The translations under genes were made by a program, and so were the position numbers. Shown here in pieces: positions 7,439 to 19,168 of a stretch of DNA of 62,589 bases. Each line of letters begins with the position of its first letter. Positions within the stretch are counted from its first letter, which is position 1. Source of the DNA: a virus (lineage: Duplodnaviria; Caudoviricetes); IMG/VR virus record IMGVR_UViG_3300046167_000817, positions 1 to 62,589 of that record; one strand, 5' to 3'. The notes beneath the pieces are model-generated. The model ran no database searches. It worked only from the letters and a program-made list of their open reading frames with translations, and was not told the DNA's origin.

Positions 7439-10400
7439 ATGGCAAAAATAGATTCGTATTCATTAGATTCTAGTATAACAGACAACGATAGCGTACTTGG
7501 AATAGATTCAGCTAGCGGAGCAACCAAAAGGTTCACAATGTCTAGTATTAAGGCTGCGTTACTTGAAGGTGCAGATATTACAGCTGTTATTGCAGGAACA
7601 GGATTATCAGGTGGTGCGACATCAGGTGAAGCAACTCTAAATATTGATAGCACGGTTGTAACGTTAACAGGTACACAAACACTTACCAATAAAACGCTTA
7701 CAACGCCGGTAATTTCATCTATATCAAATTCAGGTACAATTACTTTACCAACATCTACAGATACTTTAGTTGGTAGAGCAACAACTGATACTTTAACAAA
7801 CAAAACATTAACAACTCCAATACTTACAACCCCTATTGCAAATGCAGGAGTGCAATTAAAAAATGGTTCAACAAGTGCTGGATTTTTAGAATTTTTTGAA
7901 GATAGCGACAACGGGACTAATAAATTAACATTAATAGGGCCTGCATCAACAGCGGACGTTACGTTAACTTTGCCATCTGCAACCGATACACTTATTGGTA
8001 AGGCTACTACAGATACACTTACAAATAAAACATTAACATCACCATCTTTAGCCTCTCCAACATTTTCTGTTACTGAAACAGGTATTGCTGATGGAGATTT
8101 AATTCTTTTCTTAGACGCAACTGATTCTTCGGTTACTAAAAAAGAAGGGTTAGATGATTTAGCAGCATTTTTTGCAGGAGCTGGTTTAACAGCAGCGAAC
8201 TCAGTATTAGCAGTAGGAGCAGGAACAGGTATTACAGTAAACGCTAATGATGTAGCAGTAGCAGGTGCGCAAACTTCAATTACATCTGTTTTAAACACAA
8301 GCTTAGTTTTAGGTAGAGATGCTGACAATGATATTGATTTTACATCTGATAACATTATTACACTAAGGGCAGGCAGGAGCTGATCAAATTAAATTAACAG
8401 ATGGTGCTTTATCACCTGTAACAGACTCCGACGTTGATTTAGGGAACATCTAGTTTGTACTTTAAGGATGCTTATATAGATTCTATCACAACAACAGGTA
8501 ATGTGAGCATAGGTGGAACCTTAAGCGTTTCTGGTAATAACTTTTCAAACGTAGCAGATATAGGATTAGATAGTATATCAGCAGCAACCAACGATATAAA
8601 TATTGCTTTAACTGATAATAGAGCTACAGCACTTACTATTAAACAAGGTAGTGATGCTTATATGATTTTTGATACTGCTAATTCAAGTGAATCAGTATCT
8701 ATTGGGAACAGGAATAAGCGGAACAGCAATAACAATTGGGCATGGAACATCCGAAACTACAATAGGTGATAACTTAGTAGTAACAGGTAATTTAACAGTA
8801 CAAGGTGATACTACAACGGTTAACACTGCAACACTTAGTGTAGAAGACCCATTAGTAGTTGTAGGTAGCGGTAACAATTCATCAGATAGTGTTGATTTAG
8901 GATTATATGGATTATACGACACATCTGGTTCACAAGATTTATATTCAGGATTATTTAGAGACGCAAGTGATAGTGGGAAATGGAAGCTATTTAAAGATTT
9001 ACAGCCTGAACCTACAACAACAGTAAATACCAGCGGAACAGGATATGCGGTAGGAACACTGGTTGCAAACTTAGAAGGAACAGTTACAGGTAATGCAAGT
9101 GGATTATCAGCTACGTTAGCAGTAGCATCAGGTGGTACTAATGCAACATCATTTGCTGATAAAGCAGTTATTATATCACAAGATAGTGGTACAGATACAT
9201 TAGCGGGCGTGGCAATGAGTACAAATGGTCAATTATTAATTGGTGGTACAAGTGGACCAGCAGCCGCAACTTTAACAGCGGGTACTAACGTTACTATTAC
9301 AAATGCAGACAATGCAATTACTTTTGATGTTAGCGCGGCAGGTGATGCTTTCAAAACAATATCTGTATCAGGCCAATCAGATGTTGTAGCAGATGGAACA
9401 GCAGATACATTAACATTTGCCGCAGGTACTGGAACAACAATAACAACAAATGCTGGCACTGATACTATAACTATAAGTGCTGGAACAAATACAATAGAAG
9501 TAGATGAGTTTACAGGGAATGGTAGCACAGCAGCTTATACGTTAAGTACAGCGGCTGTTACTGAAAACAATTTACTTGTATACATGGATGGTGTTTATCA
9601 ACATCATAATACATATGCAGTATCAGGAACTACATTAACTTTTGATACAAACGTACCAAACGGATCAAAAGTAGAAGCGTTCCACATGAGAACAATTAGT
9701 AATACTAATTTAGTACAATCAGCAGTAGCTGGAACATTAATGGATGTTAGTGGAGCAACAGGTGATGTAACATTTAATGTAGATTTATCTGAAGCAGCAG
9801 AAGCAGCAATTGCAGATGGCGATTATATGTTATTTTTAGATGGTGGTGCAACGGGGACAGCTAAGAAAGAAGCATTAGGAGATATAGCCACACTTTTTGC
9901 AGGTACAGGACTTACAGCATCTAGCTCAGTTATAAATATGGATGCTGCTCAAACAGGTATTACATCAGTGCTTAATACGTCTTTAGTATTAGGTAGAGAT
10001 GCGGATAATCAAATTAAATTTGGAACAGACAACCAAATAATATTTGAGGTTAGCGGGGGAGACAATGTAATATTTAAAGCATCAGGTGAAATTGAAGCTA
10101 CTACAGTAAATACAACTGGGGCTGCAACATTAGGTGGTAATGGATCATCTGGTGGTGTAACAATAAACGACGGATCAATACAAATTAGAACAGGTACAGG
10201 TAATGTAGCTGAAATGAGATTTTATTGTGAAACTAGTAATGCACATTATCAAACATTAAAAGCAGCGCCTCATAGTGCAGGTAGTTCGGCGGCATTAGTT
10301 TTACCTACAGCATCAGGTAATTTAGTAGGTACAGGTGATTCAGGAACAGTTGCAAGTGGAATGATAGCAGCAGACGCAATAACTGGTGCTAAGATTGCAG

Positions 10401-10903
10401 ACAACGCATTAGACTCAGAACATTATACAGATGGTTCTATAGACACGGCTCATTTAGCGGCTGATGCTGTTACAGGAGCAAAAATAGCAGACGACGCATT
10501 AGACTCAGAACATTATACTGATGGTAGTATTGATACAGCACATATTGCAGATAATCAGGTAACGCATGACAAATTAGAAAACAGATATACTGTTTTAAGT
10601 GCGCTAGGAACTGGTACAGATCAAACATTAGATTTTTCTGCGGCAACTACTTTTACGGCTACAATGAATGGTAATGCAACTTTTACTATAACTAATCCAA
10701 AACAAGGACAAGTAGTAGATTTAATATTAGCAGGTAATCATACACCAACTCTAGCAATGAGCGGCGCTACATTTAACAAGGTAGGGGGTGTAGATTACGA
10801 CGGATCTGCTACAAATTTAATACAAATACTTGTTGCGGATGATTCAGCAAGTGAAATATTTTATTATTCAGTAGCTACAATAGCATCTGATACAACACCA
10901 TAA
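7439..10903 (+). CDS. Long tail fibre protein 1 (split into three ORFs by apparent indels near 8370, 8442 and 8704)
   Basis: TLTNKTLT repeats; reading continues across the breaks (..ADQIKLTDGALSPVTDSDVDLGTSSLYFKDAYID.., ..ESVSIGTGISGT..); HYTDGSIDTAH repeats; C-terminal domain shared with fibre 2. Confidence 0.85.
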
Positions 10904-10907
10904 TAAT

Positions 10908-11369
10908 ATGAAAGCAATAGAAATAAACGGAGAAATAAAAATACATGCTCAGCTTCCCAGTTCATGGAAGGGGGTAATGGGGAATTTTAGTAAATTATCA
11001 GATGAGGAAATAAAATCATATGGTTTTTATGATGTAGTAACCCCTGATTATAATAACATGGTTGAACAGCTATCCGCTATATATTTTGATTCTGATAATG
11101 AAATATATACTTATGATGTTTCTAATAAAACTTGGTCAGAAACTTTAGCTGAATTAAAAGAAAATAAACTAATGCAGTTAAAAGAACATACTAATAGTTT
11201 ATTAGGTGTAACAGATTGGTATTATATTAGAAAATTACAAAGAGATATAAATGTGCCCCAAGAAATAAAAGACGAAAGAGAAACAATATTGTCTAATCAT
11301 AATGATCACGAAACAGCAATAAATGCGTTAACTGAAAAAGCAGATGTAATTAAATATGAGTTTAGGTAA
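10908..11369 (+). CDS. Tail fibre assembly/adaptor protein 1
   Basis: L..TDWY.IRK motif; paralogue of 13517-13996. Confidence 0.7.
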   Translation: MKAIEINGEIKIHAQLPSSWKGVMGNFSKLSDEEIKSYGFYDVVTPDYNNMVEQLSAIYFDSDNEIYTYDVSNKTWSETLAELKENKLMQLKEHTNSLLGVTDWYYIRKLQRDINVPQEIKDERETILSNHNDHETAINALTEKADVIKYEFR

Positions 11370-12207
11370 AAGATTAATATCAGGGGCAAAAATATATGAC
11401 GGGGATTTATCCGGAGCAAGTTCATATGCTTCAAAAACGTTAGCTTTTGGAGATAGAGGCTATCCGCGTGGGGCGTGTATAAGTGCCTCAGGAACTAGAT
11501 TAATAACTACGCATAAGTCAGGGAGTGATCATTGGTTTAATCAATATAATTTTAGCACAGCTTTTGATGTTACATCAATAGGAACAGTGCAGAAGGAGTA
11601 TCAAACATCAGCGACAATTCAAAACTATATGACTGGTGTTGTAATAAATCATGATAACGATTGGATTTCTTATGATCCATATTATACAAATAATTATTAT
11701 TCACAAGAATTAAGCACAGCAGGGGATATATCAACCGCAGGAACAATTCAAACAGATAGTTGTACAAGATCAGGGGGTGAAAGAACATCAAGTTCGCAAT
11801 TTTTATCTCGTAATGAAGATACTTTGTATTTACAATATGATGCTATAAAAGCTATTTCTCTTAGCACAGCAGGGGATTTATCATCAGGATCGGGTTGTGG
11901 TACTACAACTAGCATAAGTTTTGTAGATAGTGATTTAGGTACAAATACAAAGTCTTGTCAATTTAATCATGATGGAACAAAATTTTACGGAGGGGGAGAG
12001 GATGGTAAAATAGTGCAATATGATTTGTCTACCGCTTATGATCTTAGTTCTGTAGGGAGCGGTACGGTATTTGATCTTTCATCAATAGTAGGGGGTAGTA
12101 GTTCTGAAATATGGTATATGCAATTTAATGACGAACAAACCCATATTTTACTTTATACTCAGATATTCTCCTCAAATACCCATGTAGTATACAGTTTATC
12201 ATTATAA
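11356..12207 (+). CDS. Putative receptor-binding protein 1, beta-propeller-like
   Basis: Repeats of Q-Y-x-L-S-T-A-x-D-I/L-S-S/T and FNHDGTKFY. Confidence 0.65.
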   Translation: MSLGKRLISGAKIYDGDLSGASSYASKTLAFGDRGYPRGACISASGTRLITTHKSGSDHWFNQYNFSTAFDVTSIGTVQKEYQTSATIQNYMTGVVINHDNDWISYDPYYTNNYYSQELSTAGDISTAGTIQTDSCTRSGGERTSSSQFLSRNEDTLYLQYDAIKAISLSTAGDLSSGSGCGTTTSISFVDSDLGTNTKSCQFNHDGTKFYGGGEDGKIVQYDLSTAYDLSSVGSGTVFDLSSIVGGSSSEIWYMQFNDEQTHILLYTQIFSSNTHVVYSLSL

Positions 12208-12230
12208 AAAAATAAATAAACAATTAATAA

Positions 12231-13506
12231 ATGGCAACAACAAAAGTAACAGCTAACGTATTAGCAGATAATTCAATAACACAAGCAAAGCTTGCAGACG
12301 ACGCAGATTGGGGCAGCAGAATTAGCAGCCAACGCAGTAGTTAACGCATCGATAGCATCTGGAGCAGCTATAGATATGGATAAGCTTGATGGCGATTCAC
12401 TTGCAAGCGCTATAACTGACTTTGCACAAGATGATCTTGTAATACTATCAGATACATCAGATTCAGGTAATCTTAAATCAATGACAACTTCAAATTTTGA
12501 AGATGCAATATTTGGTAATATAAGTGGTGACGTTACTTTAGCAGCAGGAGGAGCAGCAACAGCAGCAGCAGCACAAACAAATATAACTTCAGTATTAAAT
12601 ACATCACTTATACTTGGAAGAGATGGTGATAACCAAATAAAGTTTGGAACTGATAATCAAATTATCTTTGAAGTAAGCGGTGGTGATAATGTTATCTTTA
12701 AAGCCTCTGGAGAGATTGAGGCTACTAGCTTAGATATTTCAGGTGATGTAGATGTAGATGGCACACTTGAAGCAGACGCTATAACAGTTAATGGAGCTAC
12801 ACTTGCTGAAACAATTTCAGATACGGTAGGAGCTATGGTTGGCAGTAATACAGAAACTGGAATAGCAGTAAGCTATGATGATTCTGATAATACTTTGGAT
12901 TTTGTTATAGGAGCAGGAGTTATAGTAAACTCAATGCTGGCTGATGATGCAGTAGGAGCAGACGAACTTGCGGCTAATGCAGTGGTTACAGCTTCTATCG
13001 CCGATGATCAAGTAACTCAAGCTAAAATGGCAAATGATGCAGTAGGTGCCGATGAGTTAGCAGCGAATGCAGTAGTAGAAGCATCTATGGTTGATGATGC
13101 AGTAACAGCGGCAAAACTTGCTTCAAACGCAGTAGTAACCGCTTCTATAGTTGATGATAATATTACACATGCTAAATTAGAACCAAGATATACAACACTG
13201 GTTGCTAAAGGTACAGGAACAGATCAAACATTAGATTTTGCAACTGCTACAACTTTTACAGCGACTATGAATGGAAATGCTACCTTTACAATAACAAACC
13301 CTAAACAAGGACAGGTGGTTGATCTTATAGTTGCAGGTAACCATACATTAACACTTGCAATGTCAGGTGCTACGTTTAATAAAATAGGAACAGTTAATTA
13401 CGACGGATCTACAACTAATTTAATACAGATTGTTGTTGCTGATGATGCATCAAGTGAGATATTCTACTATTCAGTTGCACCTATAGCATCAGACACAACT
13501 CCATAA
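12231..13506 (+). CDS. Tail fibre protein 2 (apparent +1 insertion near 12306)
   Basis: ATG at 12231 (MATTKVTANVLADNSITQAKLADDA) joins ..IGAAELAANAV..; 10-aa L-A-x-x-A-V-x-x-A repeats; C-terminal domain nearly identical to fibre 1. Confidence 0.8.
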
Positions 13507-13516
13507 TAAATAATAT

Positions 13517-13996
13517 ATGAAAGCAGTAAATAATAACGGAAAAATAAAAGTATACGCTTCAGTGCCAGATTCTTTTCAATCTTCTACAGGTGTACATATG
13601 AATGCACCTAAAATGACAGAAGAGGAGCTAAAGAATGCAGGAATGTTTGATGTTGTAATAGGTGATAACTATGATGAAAAAATTCATACATTGGGTGAAA
13701 TATATTTTGATTCACCAAACACTGTATTTAGAAAAGATTTAGTTGTTAAAGAGTGGACTGAAACTTTAGAAGAATTAAAAACAAAAAGAATAAACCACTT
13801 TAAATCACATGTTAATTCCGAATTAGCTAAAACAGATTGGTATGTTATTAGAAAAACAGATAACAACGATGCAATCCCAAGTGATGTACAAACAGCAAGA
13901 ACAAATTTAAGAACACAATCAGCAACTGTTGAAACAGAAATAAATGCTTTAACAGAAAAAAAAGAAGTAGTATTATACAATTTTCCTAATATTTAA
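13517..13996 (+). CDS. Tail fibre assembly/adaptor protein 2
   Basis: LAKTDWYVIRK; paralogue of 10908-11369. Confidence 0.7.
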   Translation: MKAVNNNGKIKVYASVPDSFQSSTGVHMNAPKMTEEELKNAGMFDVVIGDNYDEKIHTLGEIYFDSPNTVFRKDLVVKEWTETLEELKTKRINHFKSHVNSELAKTDWYVIRKTDNNDAIPSDVQTARTNLRTQSATVETEINALTEKKEVVLYNFPNI

Positions 13997-14000
13997 TTAA

Positions 14001-17000
14001 ATGAGTTTAAATAAAAGATTAATGTCTTCTCAACCCGCTCCATTTGTAGCGAGTGAAAACTTTAAAGTAGTTACTTATACAGGTAATGATGGTACACAAA
14101 ATATAGATGTAGGATTCAAACCTGATTTGGTTTGGATAAAAAATAGAAACAATAGTTCAGATTCAACATTTGACCACTCATTATTTGATTCTCAAAGAGG
14201 TACATTTAGGGTAAGAAGTAATTCAGATGGAGCTGCAAATGATTATGCTTCACACTATGGGGGTATTACTGATAATGGTTTTCAAGTAAAAGATGGTTTA
14301 GCTTTAAATGATGCTGATGGAACTTATGTAGCTTGGTGTTGGAAAGCAAACGGAGGAACGACAAGCACAAATACAGATGGTTCTAATATAGATTCAACTG
14401 TGCAGGTCAACGCAAACGCAGGTTTTTCCATAGTTAAATTTACTGGAACAGGTAATGCAGCTCATACTGTAGGGCATGGATTAAGTGCTTCTCCTAACGT
14501 TATTATTACTAAAAATTTAGAAGAAAGTAGAGATTGGAGGGTTTTTCATACTAGCCTATCTACTAATCAGTTTTTAGCATTAAATACAAATGGTGCTGTT
14601 GGTACTTCACCTGCAAATACTTGTTGTGGTGCTGTTGCTTCAGTAGATGCTACAACTTTTGGGTTTGTTGCAGGTAATGGAGGGGCTACAGAGCTTGATA
14701 ATGTAAACAAATCAGGAATAGATTATATATCTTACTGTTTTCATTCAGTTGATGGCTTCTCAAAGTTTGGAAAATATACAGGTAATGGAAATGCAATAGG
14801 CACAATAGTAGAAACAGGTTTTGAACCTGCTTTTGTATTAGGAATAAAAGCAAGTGGAGATAATTGGTGGATGCTTGATAATAAAAGAAATACAACAAAT
14901 CCAAGAAATACAGGGCTTTTTCCAAATTTGACTCAAGAAGACTTAACAGGAGGATATAGTATGGATTTTTTATCAAATGGATTCCAACTAAAAACAAATG
15001 ATGGTGCTATGAATGCAAATGGTAGTGATTATATCTATATAGCATTTGCTGCAGATCCAGACGAAGTAGCACCAACACTTGCAAGTAGTTTTAACGCTTT
15101 CCCTTATGTTGGCTCAGGTGATGACCCTTTACCAATTAACAAAGTTGGATTTAAACCAGGTCTTGTTTGGATTAAATCAAGAGATGTTGCAAGAGAACAT
15201 ATTTTGTCTGATATAGTTAGAGGTGTAGATAAAGAACTTTCAGCTAGTGATAGTACCGCTGAAGAATCGAGAGGTGTATCATCTTTTGATGCAGACGGGT
15301 TTACTTTAGATGATTCAACCTCCAACTATAATGACGATGGAGAAAAATACATGCTTTGGACTTGGAAAGCGGATGATAACGAACCAACAATAAACGAAGA
15401 AGGTAGTATAGATTCTATTGTTAGCGCAAATGCAAATGCAGGATTTTCTATAAGTACATTTACGGGTACGGGAGCAAATGCAACTGTTGGACATGGGTTA
15501 TCGGCTACCCCAGAATTTGTTATAATTAAAAACGCAAGTGCCTCAGGGTCGTGGTTAACCTGGCACAAAGATTATGGGGGAGGTGATAAATATATTTATT
15601 TAGATAGTAGTAACCAAGTGCTGACTCAATCACAATTTTTTAACAGTACTGTGCCAACTTCATCTGTATTTTCAGTAGGGTCACATGGAGATATAAACGG
15701 AAGTGGTAATACTGTTGTAGCTTATTGTTTCCATTCAGTATCAGGATATAGCAAGGTCGGAAGTTATACCGGTTCAACTTCAGGAGTAACCGTCACAACG
15801 GGCTTTAAACCTGATTTTCTTTTAATAAAATCAACAAGCAATGTAGAACATTGGGCAATACTTGACACAATAAGAGGTTCAGGAAAAGTTGTAAATCCAA
15901 ATAGAACTAATGCAGAAAGTGATAGTACATTAAATACTTTTACTGTATCAAACACAGGTTTTTCATTCCCACACCAAAACACTGCTGATGCAATGTTAAA
16001 TGAAAATGGTTATGAATATGTTTATTTAGCAATAGCTAAAAATGTGCCTCAAACAAATGTTCTTGCTAATAGCTTTAAAACAGTAACATATACCGGTAAT
16101 GGAAGCATACAAAGTGTTACGGGTTTTGGATTTAGCCCTGATTTTGTTTGGATAAAGAGAAGGAGTGATACAGAGAACCATAGTTTAAATGATTCTGTAA
16201 GAGGAGTGCAACAAGAAATAACCGCTGATAAAGATTCGTCAAATGCACAATCAACTAAAGTTAATGGTTTAAGTTCATTTGATTCAGATGGGTTTACAGT
16301 CGCAGAAAACAATGCTAACAACACTAACAATGAAACGTATGTAGCATGGGGATGGAAAGCAGGGGGTGCTTGGGTATCAAATCTTGATGGATCTTCGGCA
16401 AGTATAGTAAATACAAATACTGCAAATGGATTCAGTATTGTGAAATATGTTGGTAATCAAACTGCAGGACATACGATAGGGCATGGGCTTAATTCAGCCC
16501 CTGAAATGATATTGCTTAAATGTTTAGATTCAGTAAACCCTTTTTATGTATATCACAAAGGAGTTGATGCAAATAATCCTGCACATTATAATTTAAGATT
16601 AAATGGAAATGACGTAAGACAAGATTCAACAACAGAATTTAACGATACTGAACCAACAAGTTCTGTGTTTACTTTAGGTACAACAACAGGTACAAATAAA
16701 ACTGATAATGAATATATTGCATACTGTTTTCATTCAGTAAGCGGATATAGTAAGATTTCAAATTATACTGGGAATGGGAGCACGCAAAGTATTACAGGTC
16801 TTGGATTTCAACCTGACTTTGTTTTCATAAAAGAATCTTCAAATGCAGAATCTTGGAGAATTTTTGACAGTGTAAGAGGCGCAACAAAAAGATTATTTCC
16901 TGATAATAATGGAGCAGAATCTAATGCAAGTGATTCTTTAACATCTTTTGATGTTGATGGATTTAGTTTAGGGTCAAGCTCAGGCGTAAACCAAAATAAT

Positions 17001-17861
17001 GAAAATTATATATATTATGCAGTAAGACATGTTTTACAACCCCAAGCAGGGTTTATGTCTTTCCTTGTTGTTGGAGGAGGTGCTTCTGGTGGTAGAGGTG
17101 ATAGTCGTTCAGGAGCTGGGGGTGGAGCCGGTGGATTAAGAACATCTTTTGGAAATAATTCAGGTGGTGGCGCTGCAGCAGAAAGCGATATAACTTTAGC
17201 AGCAGGAACATATACAATAACAATAGGAGCCGGAGGTGCAGCTAAAAGCGGTTCAGACGGAACTGGAAATGACGGTGGTGATTCATCTATAGCAGCAACA
17301 GGATTAACAACAATTACATCCGCTGGAGGAGGAAAAGGTGGTTATCCTGGAAACGGTGGAGATGGTGGTTCCGGAGGTGGTGGTGCTCATGGAGGAGGAT
17401 CCGGTGGTGCTGGAACAGCTAATCAAGGATTTGCAGGAGGAAATGGAGTTGGAGAATCATCTTATAACGGAGGTGGAGGTGGAGGTGCTTCCGCGGCTGG
17501 TTCAAATAGTAGTACAAGTAACGGTGGTGCTGGTGGAGCTGGTTTAACACTTAATATTACAGGAAGCTCTGTAGCATTCGCCGGTGGTGGTGGAGGTGGA
17601 GGTGGAGGAACTGCTGGAAGTGGAGGAACTGGTGGTGGTGGTGCCGGTGGAACTACAACTGGTACAGCAGGAACTGCTAACACTGGTGGAGGTGGTGGTG
17701 GTGCCCGTGGTACAAGTGGTGCTGGTGGTACAGGAGTAGTAATATTAAGATTACTTACATCTGAATATTCAGGAACTACAACTGGTTCACCAACAGTTAC
17801 AACTGATGGAGATTATAAAGTATTAAAATATACAAGCAGTGGTACTTATGTACACAGTTAA
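14001..17861 (+). CDS. Putative receptor-binding protein 2 with three ~330-aa repeats and a Gly-rich C-terminal domain
   Basis: Three copies of F..VTYTGNG...GF.PD.VWIK.R...YVAW.WKA...GFSIVK.TG...GHGL...YCFHSV; C-terminal GGGGG-rich domain ending G.G.VILR. Confidence 0.8.
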   Translation: MSLNKRLMSSQPAPFVASENFKVVTYTGNDGTQNIDVGFKPDLVWIKNRNNSSDSTFDHSLFDSQRGTFRVRSNSDGAANDYASHYGGITDNGFQVKDGLALNDADGTYVAWCWKANGGTTSTNTDGSNIDSTVQVNANAGFSIVKFTGTGNAAHTVGHGLSASPNVIITKNLEESRDWRVFHTSLSTNQFLALNTNGAVGTSPANTCCGAVASVDATTFGFVAGNGGATELDNVNKSGIDYISYCFHSVDGFSKFGKYTGNGNAIGTIVETGFEPAFVLGIKASGDNWWMLDNKRNTTNPRNTGLFPNLTQEDLTGGYSMDFLSNGFQLKTNDGAMNANGSDYIYIAFAADPDEVAPTLASSFNAFPYVGSGDDPLPINKVGFKPGLVWIKSRDVAREHILSDIVRGVDKELSASDSTAEESRGVSSFDADGFTLDDSTSNYNDDGEKYMLWTWKADDNEPTINEEGSIDSIVSANANAGFSISTFTGTGANATVGHGLSATPEFVIIKNASASGSWLTWHKDYGGGDKYIYLDSSNQVLTQSQFFNSTVPTSSVFSVGSHGDINGSGNTVVAYCFHSVSGYSKVGSYTGSTSGVTVTTGFKPDFLLIKSTSNVEHWAILDTIRGSGKVVNPNRTNAESDSTLNTFTVSNTGFSFPHQNTADAMLNENGYEYVYLAIAKNVPQTNVLANSFKTVTYTGNGSIQSVTGFGFSPDFVWIKRRSDTENHSLNDSVRGVQQEITADKDSSNAQSTKVNGLSSFDSDGFTVAENNANNTNNETYVAWGWKAGGAWVSNLDGSSASIVNTNTANGFSIVKYVGNQTAGHTIGHGLNSAPEMILLKCLDSVNPFYVYHKGVDANNPAHYNLRLNGNDVRQDSTTEFNDTEPTSSVFTLGTTTGTNKTDNEYIAYCFHSVSGYSKISNYTGNGSTQSITGLGFQPDFVFIKESSNAESWRIFDSVRGATKRLFPDNNGAESNASDSLTSFDVDGFSLGSSSGVNQNNENYIYYAVRHVLQPQAGFMSFLVVGGGASGGRGDSRSGAGGGAGGLRTSFGNNSGGGAAAESDITLAAGTYTITIGAGGAAKSGSDGTGNDGGDSSIAATGLTTITSAGGGKGGYPGNGGDGGSGGGGAHGGGSGGAGTANQGFAGGNGVGESSYNGGGGGGASAAGSNSSTSNGGAGGAGLTLNITGSSVAFAGGGGGGGGGTAGSGGTGGGGAGGTTTGTAGTANTGGGGGGARGTSGAGGTGVVILRLLTSEYSGTTTGSPTVTTDGDYKVLKYTSSGTYVHS

Positions 17862-17865
17862 AATT

Positions 17866-18081
17866 ATGATAGCATATATACTACTTGGAATATTTACGTT
17901 GTTATTAATAATAGGTCAAATTAAAAGTGCGGACATAATTATAGCACCTATAGCAGGATTTATGGTAGGTGCATTATATAATAAAGAAGATTTTGAAGAT
18001 GGAACATGTGATACAACTTTGCAATGTGCTGTAGGCTTTATAACTTTGAGTGTAGTATGGACTCGTAACATAAAAGAATAA
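17866..18081 (+). CDS. Small membrane protein
   Basis: ATG at 17866 just after the upstream stop; hydrophobic segments. Confidence 0.65.
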   Translation: MIAYILLGIFTLLLIIGQIKSADIIIAPIAGFMVGALYNKEDFEDGTCDTTLQCAVGFITLSVVWTRNIKE

Positions 18082-18124
18082 ATACTATATTTGTATATAG
18101 TGTAATTAAATTAAATTAAATAAA

Positions 18125-18385
18125 ATGTCAAAAAAGAAAATAACAAAGGAGGAGCTTGAAAATTTACAAGCTAAAATATCAGTTTTAAATAATCTACAAT
18201 ATAAGCTAGGAGCATTAGCAGTAGACAAGAACAAAGTTTTAAAAGCATATGATACGGTCCGTGAAGACTTAAAAGCTATTCAGGTTGAGCTAGAAAAAAC
18301 TTATGGACGTGTTAGTATAAATGTTGAAGACGGTACCCTCACTGAAACAGAAGAAACAGATGAGCAAACTGATAAGAAAGATTAG
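18125..18385 (+). CDS. Coiled-coil hypothetical protein
   Basis: 86 aa; LEKTYG.VSINVEDGT ending. Confidence 0.75.
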   Translation: MSKKKITKEELENLQAKISVLNNLQYKLGALAVDKNKVLKAYDTVREDLKAIQVELEKTYGRVSINVEDGTLTETEETDEQTDKKD

Positions 18386-18581
18386 TATTGGGAAAGACTA
18401 TAAAACAGACGCAATGCACTACGCTGTTGGCCAAGAAGTTTATGGAGGCCATACTATATGTGATATAATAGATGAAAAAGATAATTACTCTATTTACATA
18501 AAGAAAGGTGCAGATGTATTGCCATGGAAAAGTTTTAATAAAAACATGGCTATATCCGTTGAGTATAATTTACAATATTAA
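18360..18581 (+). CDS. Hypothetical protein (MSKLIRKISIGKDYK...)
   Basis: ATG at 18360; TAATG coupling to the next gene. Confidence 0.75.
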   Translation: MSKLIRKISIGKDYKTDAMHYAVGQEVYGGHTICDIIDEKDNYSIYIKKGADVLPWKSFNKNMAISVEYNLQY

Positions 18582-19168
18582 TGAAACCAATTTATTCCTT
18601 TTTAATAAAACCTAAAAAAGAAAGATACGACAATACAAAAAAGATTGGAGATAAAGAGTTAATATTAAACACAGATATATCTGATCATAAGTTTGTAAGT
18701 CGAGAAGCAGTGGTTTATGAAACACCTATAGCGCGTGATACACATATTAACAGAGGTGATGAGCTTTATGTTCATCATAACATATTTCGTCGTTGGCATG
18801 ATGTTAGAGGTATTGAACGCAATAGTAAAAGTTATTTTAAAGATAATTTATACTTCTGCGAACTTGAGCAAATATTTTTATACAAGCGTGATGGCATATG
18901 GAAAGCAAATCAAGGATTTAGTTTTGTAAAGCCTTTACTGAACGATGATAAGTTTTCAATAAATAAAGAAATGTCATTAACCGGTATTGTTAAATACGTA
19001 GATAACACGAATAATTTTAAGGTTAATGAAAAAATAGGATTTACTCCAGATAGTGAATATGAGTTTGTAATTGAAGGCGAAAGACTATATAGAGTAATAA
19101 ATAATGAAATATCTATACGTTATGGATTTAAAAAAACAGAAAGAGAGTATAATCCAAGCTGGCTATAA
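18581..19168 (+). CDS. Tandem GroES-like domain protein
   Basis: Two halves with a GroES-like pattern (FLIKP...INRGDELYV; FVKP...GIVKY...KVNEKIGF...EFVIEGERLYRV). Confidence 0.55.
   Translation: MKPIYSFLIKPKKERYDNTKKIGDKELILNTDISDHKFVSREAVVYETPIARDTHINRGDELYVHHNIFRRWHDVRGIERNSKSYFKDNLYFCELEQIFLYKRDGIWKANQGFSFVKPLLNDDKFSINKEMSLTGIVKYVDNTNNFKVNEKIGFTPDSEYEFVIEGERLYRVINNEISIRYGFKKTEREYNPSWL

Noticed and set aside
7432-8355. 307-aa antisense ORF and other antisense ORFs over fibre and tail genes
   Set aside because: Mirror-frame by-products of Thr/Ala/Gly-rich codon usage; no independent start context or motifs.
10560-13506. Duplicated fibre C-termini as a diversity-generating retroelement or shufflon
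   Set aside because: No reverse transcriptase or invertase; both copies are coding, in direct orientation, and differ largely at synonymous positions rather than specifically at adenines.
17330-17740. GGT/GGA-rich stretch as a DNA repeat or G-quadruplex element
   Set aside because: Fully explained by the Gly-rich protein domain.
18086-18093. TATATTTG as a Bacteroidota -7 promoter element
   Set aside because: Single 8-mer with no correctly spaced upstream TTTG; not enough to call.
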